A DNA stretch of 64,000 bases from Clostridiales bacterium (GTDB lineage Bacteria; Bacillota; Clostridia; Saccharofermentanales; Saccharofermentanaceae): contig JAFWDK010000023.1 of the NCBI GenBank assembly GCA_017513085.1, positions 1-64,000 of the forward strand, written 5' to 3'. Every line of letters begins with the position of its first letter. Position 1 is the stretch's first letter. The translations under genes and the position numbers were made by a program. The notes under the pieces are model-generated. The model ran no database searches. It saw nothing but the letters and a program-made list of their open reading frames with translations, and had not been told where the DNA came from. Below are positions 18,618-26,197 of this stretch, one piece after another.

Positions 18618-18671
18618 TCCCTTGTTCCTCGCTTCATTTTTTCATATCCCTTCGGATCTCCCGTGAGGCAC

Positions 18672-20525
18672 TTATCCCCGCATAGAGAAATATGCGCCGC
18701 CGTTTTCCATTTCGACTCCACGGTATTCCGCCAGTTCGCTTACCGTAACCAGCGTATAGCCTCTTGCGATCAGTTCCGGTACGATCACCTCGACTGCATC
18801 TGCCGTTGTGGTATAAAGATCATGCATCAGGACGATTTCCCCGTCTCTCGCATGCGAAAGCACTTCATCGATGACGTGCTGTGCGTTTCTGTATTTCCAG
18901 TCGTTGGTATCTACTGACCAGATGATCATGGGCATACCGACATTATTTCTGACTGTATTGTTAAATGCTCCGCCGACCGGTCTCATGATCTTCGGACGAA
19001 TACCGGTGATATTGAATACTGCGTCGTTGGCCTGTGAGATCTGGCTACGGATGCCGTCTGCGGAAAGCTTGGTAAGCGAAGTGTGATCCCATGTATGGTT
19101 TCCGATCTCGCAATCCAGATTGACTTCACGGATAAGGCAGCTTCTGTATGTCCTGCAGCGGTTTCCGACTACGAAGAACGTGCCGTGCGCCCCATACTTT
19201 TCCAGAACATCGAGGATACGGTTGGTAACCGGTGCATTCGGGCCATCGTCCCACGTCAACGCAATCACTTTCTCCGGTTTGGCAATAATGTTGGCGATCC
19301 CCATCTCTGCGAGGCGTGCCTTGTAATCCGCCGTCTTGGCAATCTCGGTAACGATATGGTATCTGGTAATTCCATTGTTAAGAGAGATCGATCCGGAGTT
19401 GATCTGACTGTCTGTGGCCTCTTTCCCGCAGGTAACACGATAGATCGCGCGGAGAAACGCTTCGTTATCCGAAAGATAGTTCCAGCAATCTTCCTTTGCC
19501 ACGATGGCTTTGATCAGGTCCTCCACTTTGCGGGAGCCATTCAATGCCGATGCCACGAGCTCATCCAGTTCCTCGGCCGTTGCCTGACGATTGGTAAGGA
19601 AGGGATAGCCTTGGGCAAGATATGCAGTCAGAGGGTAGTTCTTGTCTCTCGGACAAGTAAGCTCGACGGCTCCGGGCAGCATGCCGTATTTGGCGCACAG
19701 CGCAGAAAACTCGTCCAGGCAGGCAATCTGGTTGATGACATAACTGATGGAAACACCGTTGTTCAGGATTTCGGACCAGTACGTCTTTCCACTGTCGTCG
19801 ATCTCTCTGTCAAACATGGAAAGATAGACCAGAGCTAACTCCTCGTCCTGAGACAATCCTTTGTTCCGGAACTCTTCACTCTTTACGAAATTGTTGACGA
19901 TCTCCGCTGCGGAGATCTCGCCTTTGGCGATCCGTCCGGTCCAGTAGTTCAATCCGTCCACTTCCGGCTTGCGCTCCAGAAAAATGTTATAGGCACGGGC
20001 CACATAGGCCGTAACGTTCAGATTCAGGTCACGGTTCTCGATAGGTTTGACTTCACCGGGAACAATGTTGTACTTTTTGCAAAGGGTGGTGAATTCTTCG
20101 GAATGTGTAAATCCGTTAATGATGGCACTGATGCTGACTCCGCAATCCAGATAAAACAACCAGTAAGAAATTCCTGCTTCATCCGGATCACGATCAAACA
20201 TCACGTGATAAATGATGTCCATCTGCTGCTCCTGCCGGAGATCTCGAGCACGGAATTCTTCACTGATCATGAATTCGTTGACCAGATCGGCAGCCGTCCT
20301 CTCGCCTTTCACGATGCTCTCTTTCCAGAATAGGAAGCCTTCTTCTTCAGGCTCTCTTTCCAGGATCAGCGTATATGCCCGGGTAACGAAATCCCCAATA
20401 GGATCCTCTCCCTCTTCTTCTGCACGGATCAATGATGGCGTCATGCCCGAAAACAGGAAAGAGAAACAAAGCGTCAGAGAAAGAAGAAGAAACTTGAATC
20501 GTTTCTTTGGCTCGGAGAAATGCAT
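18672..20525 (-). CDS. Secreted polysaccharide deacetylase (CE4/NodB) with N-terminal DUF4214-like repeats, copy 1
   Basis: Signal peptide; three ~125-aa helical repeats; TWDDGP, HTWDH, RPVGG, DTNDW, LMHD. Confidence 0.88.
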   Translation of the reverse strand: MHFSEPKKRFKFLLLSLTLCFSFLFSGMTPSLIRAEEEGEDPIGDFVTRAYTLILEREPEEEGFLFWKESIVKGERTAADLVNEFMISEEFRARDLRQEQQMDIIYHVMFDRDPDEAGISYWLFYLDCGVSISAIINGFTHSEEFTTLCKKYNIVPGEVKPIENRDLNLNVTAYVARAYNIFLERKPEVDGLNYWTGRIAKGEISAAEIVNNFVKSEEFRNKGLSQDEELALVYLSMFDREIDDSGKTYWSEILNNGVSISYVINQIACLDEFSALCAKYGMLPGAVELTCPRDKNYPLTAYLAQGYPFLTNRQATAEELDELVASALNGSRKVEDLIKAIVAKEDCWNYLSDNEAFLRAIYRVTCGKEATDSQINSGSISLNNGITRYHIVTEIAKTADYKARLAEMGIANIIAKPEKVIALTWDDGPNAPVTNRILDVLEKYGAHGTFFVVGNRCRTYRSCLIREVNLDCEIGNHTWDHTSLTKLSADGIRSQISQANDAVFNITGIRPKIMRPVGGAFNNTVRNNVGMPMIIWSVDTNDWKYRNAQHVIDEVLSHARDGEIVLMHDLYTTTADAVEVIVPELIARGYTLVTVSELAEYRGVEMENGGAYFSMRG

Positions 20526-20694
20526 AGATCGATCACCTCAATAACTAATACCCTATTTTTATTATATAATATGCAAGCTTTGAAAAGTGACATATGTGAA
20601 ATATAAAAAGTTCTTTTTAAAATACTCGCAGTGAATTTCTCTTTCAAATCACCGTTTTGCGAAATATTGTTATACTAATCGGGACGAAACTTGT

Positions 20695-20723
20695 TTGTAT
20701 TCACCCTCGAATCATTATATAGT
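20695..20723 (+). promoter_or_regulatory. Putative sigma-A promoter facing a non-coding region
   Basis: TTGTAT-17-TATAGT; a second extended -10 TGtTATACT at 20668-20676. Confidence 0.6.
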
Positions 20724-20729
20724 TAAAGT

Positions 20730-20931
20730 GTATTGAAGAATAACGTGCTTCGGCATATTTTGGTTCAAGGGTTGGTTGAACTATTTGCCCACCGACATGA
20801 TCGTTCCTCTTTCGGTGAACAAACGAGACGGTTTTTGGTTTTTCCGTCACGATAATAAAGCGAAAGGTTTTCTCATTTCCTTCGCTTTTCAAACGGGGAT
20901 TGGTTTTTGTGTTTCCCAATCCCCCTTTTTT
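20730..20931 (+). ncRNA. Candidate structured small RNA (~200 nt, six hairpins, ends in an intrinsic terminator)
   Basis: Promoter upstream; hairpins at 20745-56, 20761-83, 20790-817, 20824-51, 20857-88, 20895-924, then a T-tract; no RBS-led ORF. Confidence 0.55.
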
Positions 20932-20947
20932 ATGCCCTTTTTCCGTG

Positions 20948-22804
20948 TTATCCACGTAATGAAAAATATGCTTCGCCGGCCTGAAGGTCGATGCCCTTAT
21001 ACTCGGCAAGCTCGCTGATGGTCACCAGCGTGAAGCCCTTCTCGATAAGTTTCGGCACCACATATTCCACGGCTTCGGCCGTTGTCTCGTAAAGGTCGTG
21101 CATCAGGACGATATCTCCGTCTCGAGCATTATTCAGGATCTCATCGATCACGTGCTGTGCATTTCTGTATTTCCAGTCATTCGTATCTACCGACCAGATG
21201 ATCATAGGACGGCCGACATTGGCAGCCACCGTGCCGCTGTAGGATCCTCCGACAGGACGCATCACTCTGGTGTGAACTCCTGCCAGATTATAGACCGCAT
21301 TGTCACAGTCGTTCATTTGCTGTTCGACCGCTGCCGCCGAAATACGGGTCAGTGTGGTATGGTTCCACGTGTGATTGGCAATCTCGCAATCCTGGTTGAC
21401 TGCCCGGATCACGGACTCCGAATACGGATTCACACGGTTGCCCACAACAAAGAAAGTGGCATGCGCGTCGTAAGGTTTCAGTGCATCCAGAATACGTGTC
21501 GTAACCGGCGTATACGGACCATCGTCAAATGTCAGCGCAAGAACTTTTTCCGGAACCTTTTTCTCCTCAGCGCCCTCGATCCCCAGCTCCGCCATCTTTT
21601 CCGCGAAAGCAGGTGCTTTTGTAATTTCTTTTAAAATATGGGATCTCGTAATGCCATGGTCCAGACCGATCTTATAGGCTTCGATCTTATCCGCTTCCGG
21701 CTGTTCGCCATAAAGGACTTCATAGACAGCACTGAGGAATTCATCGTTGGAAGCGAGAGCATCCTGGCTCTCGGACGATTCCAATACCGAAGACAGCATC
21801 TCCGTCACCTTCCGATCACCGGAGAGTAACTGACCGATCCCCTCGTTCAGTTCTTCCGGAGAAGCTACGCGCCCCGCCAGTTTCTCGTAAAAACGGGCAA
21901 TAAAACCGGTAAGCTCGTAATGCATGTCGCGAGGTTCAGTCAACTCGATGTTTCCGGGCAGGATACCCTTGCCGGCACATACGTTGGCAAACTCTTCGGT
22001 CTTTGCGATCCGGTCCACAACGAAATCCATGGATACGCCATGGGACAACACATCGATGTATTCGTTTTTTTCATTTTCATCGGGAAGTCTTCCCAGCATG
22101 CTTTCAAAAAGCACTTGAACGGTCATTTCGCGGGTGTAGCCGAGGTTTTTAAATTCATCCGTCTTCATGAAATTCAGGAGGAAATTCGAAAGTCCCGCCT
22201 GATTATTCACAAGCGCCGATGTCCATGTGTTTAATTCCGCCGCTTCAGGCTGTCTGCCGGTAAGCGAACGGCACATCCCGGATATGGCTACCGTCATCTC
22301 AGGATCCAGATCGCGCTCTTCCGTAATGGAAACATCACCGGGCTTGACCGAGTACCCGGCACAGAAGTTTTTGAACTCTCCGGTTCCGGCGATCGCATGC
22401 ACCAGTACCGCTTTGCTGACACCGCCCTGCAAAAGGCGCAACCAATACGCCTTGCCTTCCTGGTCCACGTCGTGACCCAGCATGGCACGGTAAACAACAT
22501 TCAGTTTTTCTTCTGTGGATAGACCTTTGGCCTGAAATTCCGCGCCTTCCGTAAGCGTGTCGATCATGGAGACTGCGGAAGAATTTCCCTTCTTCAGGTT
22601 CGGATACCAAAGACGGATATCCTCGATACCGGCTGTCCGTCCGAGGATCTCGGAAAAAGTCCGGTCAATATATGTCTCCAGAACATCCTCCTTTTGCAAA
22701 GCACGTGAAGGCGTCTGCAACAGAGACACCAATACAGCCAGGCACAAGAAAAATGTCACGACCCGGAACAGGAACCGGCAGGTCCGCCGAGTTGATTTCT
22801 TCAT
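20948..22804 (-). CDS. Secreted polysaccharide deacetylase (CE4/NodB) with N-terminal DUF4214-like repeats, copy 2
   Basis: Signal peptide; same architecture as 18672..20525; TFDDGP, HTWNH, RPVGG, DTNDW, LMHD. Confidence 0.88.
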   Translation of the reverse strand: MKKSTRRTCRFLFRVVTFFLCLAVLVSLLQTPSRALQKEDVLETYIDRTFSEILGRTAGIEDIRLWYPNLKKGNSSAVSMIDTLTEGAEFQAKGLSTEEKLNVVYRAMLGHDVDQEGKAYWLRLLQGGVSKAVLVHAIAGTGEFKNFCAGYSVKPGDVSITEERDLDPEMTVAISGMCRSLTGRQPEAAELNTWTSALVNNQAGLSNFLLNFMKTDEFKNLGYTREMTVQVLFESMLGRLPDENEKNEYIDVLSHGVSMDFVVDRIAKTEEFANVCAGKGILPGNIELTEPRDMHYELTGFIARFYEKLAGRVASPEELNEGIGQLLSGDRKVTEMLSSVLESSESQDALASNDEFLSAVYEVLYGEQPEADKIEAYKIGLDHGITRSHILKEITKAPAFAEKMAELGIEGAEEKKVPEKVLALTFDDGPYTPVTTRILDALKPYDAHATFFVVGNRVNPYSESVIRAVNQDCEIANHTWNHTTLTRISAAAVEQQMNDCDNAVYNLAGVHTRVMRPVGGSYSGTVAANVGRPMIIWSVDTNDWKYRNAQHVIDEILNNARDGDIVLMHDLYETTAEAVEYVVPKLIEKGFTLVTISELAEYKGIDLQAGEAYFSLRG

Positions 22805-23145
22805 TAAACGATATGCTCCGTAAACTTAGCTCCGCCGAGAATATGGAAATGTACATGCATTACAGTCTGGCCGGCATATTCTTTGCAATTGTTGATCACA
22901 CGGAAACCTTCCTGTGCGCCGGTAGCTTCAACCACTTTCGGAATTGCCTGAAGAACATCGCCAAGAGCTTCCTTGCCCTCGTCGGAAGACGCCATGTCGA
23001 GGATATCATCGAAGTGTTTCTTCGGAACCACCAGCACGTGGATCGGCATCTGCGGATTGATGTCCTTGAAAGCCAGGACCTTATCGTTCTCATAAACTTT
23101 AGTAGACGGGATCTTCCCTGCCACAATATCACAGAATAAACACAT
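22804..23145 (-). CDS. hinT: Histidine triad (HIT) nucleotide-binding protein
   Basis: CLFC.I..G.IP, AF.DI.P, GQTV.HVHFHILGG; GGAGGA RBS before the ATG at 23145. Confidence 0.92.
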   Translation of the reverse strand: MCLFCDIVAGKIPSTKVYENDKVLAFKDINPQMPIHVLVVPKKHFDDILDMASSDEGKEALGDVLQAIPKVVEATGAQEGFRVINNCKEYAGQTVMHVHFHILGGAKFTEHIV

Positions 23146-23273
23146 ACTGCTATCCTCCAACTCTAGTGATTTGATTCTATGCATATTCTACTCCAAAAGC
23201 ACTTGTCTTAAATAACATTTCCATCACATTTTGAAAAAAGTTATGCGAATCGCCGATGATCCCGCCTCTTCAA

Positions 23274-23309
23274 ACAATAAAGGGACCGCGCTAATATGTG
23301 CGGTCCCTT
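23274..23309 (-). terminator. Terminator-like hairpin after alaS
   Basis: AAGGGACCGCGC/GTGCGGTCCCTT inverted repeat, A-rich left flank. Confidence 0.65.
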
Positions 23310-23335
23310 CTTGGCATTCTATTCCTGTATATCTC

Positions 23336-26026
23336 TTACAGCATCTTCTCGAGCTCGGTCTTGACTGCAGCCAGTGCCTCATCGATCGCTGCCGGATTCT
23401 TACCACCGGCTTGCGCCATATTCGGACGGCCACCGCCGCCACCACCAACAATCGGAGCCACGGCTTTGATCAGGTTACCGGCATGCGCACCTGCCTTGAC
23501 CGCGCTGTCTGTCGCCATGATCACAATGTTGGCTTTGCCTTCGCAAGTGGAAAGCAGTGCAACGACACCATCACCGATCTTCTCTTTCAAAGAGTCGCCC
23601 AAGTCACGCAGCGCGCCCATCTCCACGTTATCGAGTTTCGCCGCCAGGAGCTTGACGCCCTTGACATCTTCGGTCTGCTCCAAAGAATTGCCGAGCGCTT
23701 CTTTTGCCGCCTTGGACTTCAGAGACTCGATTTCGGAGTTTGCTGCCTTCAGGCTGTTCTGCAGAGCAGCGATCTTGCTTACGATCTCAGACGGGTTGGA
23801 CTTAAGGAGTTTCGCCGCCTCATCGATCATTTTCTCGAGGTCCTTGTAATAAGCGGAAACACCATCACCGGTCAACGCCTCGATTCTTCTTACGCCGGCA
23901 GCGACACCGGACTCGGAAAGGATCTTGATCGAACGGATCTGGGATGTATTGCTGACGTGCGTACCACCACAGAGTTCTACGGAGAAAGCAGCCTTAAAGT
24001 CATCCTCGTTGTTTCCGGAAGTACCCTTGCCCATGCTGACAACACGAACGACATCGCCGTACTTCTCACCGAAAAGCGCCATCGCGCCGGTGGATACCGC
24101 TTCCTGCTGACTCATCTCATCTGTGCGTACCGGTAAGGATGCCGCGATCTCTTTATTTACGATGGCTTCGACCTTCTCAATCTGCTCAGCTGTCATGGCC
24201 GCATCATGGGAGAAGTCAAAACGCAGACGGTCCGGAGTAACCAGAGAACCCTTCTGCTCAACATGATCACCCAGCACGATCTTCAGAGCTCTCTGCAGCA
24301 GGTGTGTAGCGGAGTGGTTCTTACATGTATTGTTACGGTTCTCCTCATCCACGCAGATATCCGCGGTGCTGTCCTTGCTGATCGTTCCCTTGGAAACGAA
24401 ACCGACATGACCGATGCGGCCTTCTGCGAGATGAATGGCTTCTGTAACCGTGAACTCGCCACTTTCCGTCTTGATGATACCCTTATCACCGACCTGGCCA
24501 CCCATAGTGCCGTAGAAAGTCGTGATATCCGTAATGATCGTACCCTTTTCACCTTCTGCGAGGGAATCTTTCAGTGCTGTTTCGTCAGCCAGCGCGACGA
24601 TCTTACCCTTCGTATTCAGTCCTTCGTAACCGAGGAACTTAGTCTTGATGCTCTCGTCCAGCGCATCGAAAACACCGGCAGCAGTATTAAGCTTCGCAGA
24701 GAAGTTCGCATTGTCACGCGCCTTCTGTTTCTGCTCTTCCATAGAAGCCTTGAAGCCTTCTTCATCTACCGTGAGGCCTTCTTCTTCGGCCAGCTCGACA
24801 GTCAGCTCGATCGGGAATCCGAATGTATCGTAAAGATAGAATGCAGACTTACCATCGATCGTCTTCTTACCGGAAGCCGCGCTCTCTTCGAGGATCTTCT
24901 TGAATTCCTTCATGCCGTTCTCAAGTGTGCTCTCGAAACGCTCGATCTCCTTGGTCAGTTCGCTCAGGATGAACTCTCTGTTCTTAGTAAGAAGCGGATA
25001 ACTGTTCTTATAGATCTCATCGATGAAGATCGTCGCGATCTTCAGGATGTCTTCCTTCTTGAGATTCAGTGCGCGGGCATGACGGACGGCACGGCGGATC
25101 AGGCGGCGAAGTACGTAGCCTGCGCCAACATTGGCAGGAACAAGTTTCGCTGCATCACCGATCAGCATGACAGAAGTTCTCGTATGGTCAGCCAGGATAC
25201 GCATGGAACGTGTCTGCTTCTCATCTTCGTTATACTTCGCGCCGGAGACTTTCTCGATGTAAGCGATGACCGGTGCAAAGAGATCGATCTGGTATACATC
25301 ACGGGAACCGTTCAGGAAAGCCAGGATCCTCTCGAGGCCCCATCCGGTATCGACGTTCTTCTGCTTCAACGGTGTCAGTGTGCCGTCCTTATGCTTCTCG
25401 TACTGCATGAAAACGTCGTTTCCAAGCTCGGTATACTTGCCGCAAGAGCAACCCGGGCCGCAATCCGGACCGCAATCCGGGCGATCGGCAATATAGAACA
25501 TCTCACTGTCCGGACCACAAGGACCATACTCAAGTCCCCACCAGTTGTCGTCAGCGCCGAGGTAGTAAATGTTTTCTTTCTTAAAGCCGGAAGCGATACG
25601 GTACTCTGCGCCCTCTTCATCTCTCGGGGCATTCTCGTCACCGGCAAATACGGTTGCAGCCAGATGGTCCGCATCGAAACCGAACACCTGTGTCAGAAGT
25701 TCGAAGCTCCACTGGCATCTTTCTTTCTTAAAATAGTCACCCAGGCTCCAGGAACCCATCATCTCGAAGAAAGTAACGTGGCTCTTATCTCCGACGGAAT
25801 CGATATCGTTGGTTCGTACACAGCCCTGGACATTGCAAAGTCTTGTTCCCAAAGGATGCTTCTGACCAAGAAGATAAGGCATCAGGGGCTGCATGCCGGC
25901 CACGTTGAACATAACACCTGTCGAACCATCGGATACCAGTGAAACGGCACCGACATCCACGTGTCCACGGTCTATATAGAACTGCTTCCATGTATTTCTC
26001 AATTCATCTGAGGTAAATTGTCTCAT
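23336..26026 (-). CDS. alaS: Alanine--tRNA ligase
   Basis: F.VAGM, HVTFFEM.GSWS.GDYFK, VDTG.GLER, DH.R, F.LYDTFGFP, editing NHSATH and ELCGGTH, C-Ala GGGGGRP. Confidence 0.96.
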   Translation of the reverse strand: MRQFTSDELRNTWKQFYIDRGHVDVGAVSLVSDGSTGVMFNVAGMQPLMPYLLGQKHPLGTRLCNVQGCVRTNDIDSVGDKSHVTFFEMMGSWSLGDYFKKERCQWSFELLTQVFGFDADHLAATVFAGDENAPRDEEGAEYRIASGFKKENIYYLGADDNWWGLEYGPCGPDSEMFYIADRPDCGPDCGPGCSCGKYTELGNDVFMQYEKHKDGTLTPLKQKNVDTGWGLERILAFLNGSRDVYQIDLFAPVIAYIEKVSGAKYNEDEKQTRSMRILADHTRTSVMLIGDAAKLVPANVGAGYVLRRLIRRAVRHARALNLKKEDILKIATIFIDEIYKNSYPLLTKNREFILSELTKEIERFESTLENGMKEFKKILEESAASGKKTIDGKSAFYLYDTFGFPIELTVELAEEEGLTVDEEGFKASMEEQKQKARDNANFSAKLNTAAGVFDALDESIKTKFLGYEGLNTKGKIVALADETALKDSLAEGEKGTIITDITTFYGTMGGQVGDKGIIKTESGEFTVTEAIHLAEGRIGHVGFVSKGTISKDSTADICVDEENRNNTCKNHSATHLLQRALKIVLGDHVEQKGSLVTPDRLRFDFSHDAAMTAEQIEKVEAIVNKEIAASLPVRTDEMSQQEAVSTGAMALFGEKYGDVVRVVSMGKGTSGNNEDDFKAAFSVELCGGTHVSNTSQIRSIKILSESGVAAGVRRIEALTGDGVSAYYKDLEKMIDEAAKLLKSNPSEIVSKIAALQNSLKAANSEIESLKSKAAKEALGNSLEQTEDVKGVKLLAAKLDNVEMGALRDLGDSLKEKIGDGVVALLSTCEGKANIVIMATDSAVKAGAHAGNLIKAVAPIVGGGGGGRPNMAQAGGKNPAAIDEALAAVKTELEKML

Positions 26027-26068
26027 TCTTCTTTGTCTCCTTTGTCAACAAAGCCATCCGAAAAAACG

Positions 26069-26106
26069 GAAAAAGCAAGGCACGCGCATGTATTTCGCGT
26101 GCCTTG
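26069..26106 (-). terminator. Intrinsic terminator between transglutaminase operon 2 and alaS
   Basis: 11-bp stem CAAGGCACGCG/CGCGTGCCTTG followed by CTTTTT on the minus strand. Confidence 0.7.
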
Positions 26107-26197
26107 TAATTTTACATGATTTAGGCGAGAAAATCTATATATAGGTAAGGTAAAACAAGAAAAAGATATGCTCGCCGTCTCATGTATCCCGAAAGAC

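Noticed and set aside
20730-20931. Possible c-di-GMP riboswitch or CRISPR mini-array
   Set aside because: GGGCAAA and CGAAAG appear on the minus strand in the wrong order for the aptamer; the hairpins are not identical repeats with spacers
20701-21018. Short ORFs 20701..21009 (-) and 20776..21018 (+)
   Set aside because: No RBS, they overlap the deacetylase 3' end and run through the terminator; RNA structure explains the region better
24206-25942. 578-aa ORF antisense to alaS
   Set aside because: Shadow ORF lying entirely within alaS
26060-26130. T-box upstream of alaS
   Set aside because: No UGGNACC motif and too little room for Stem I
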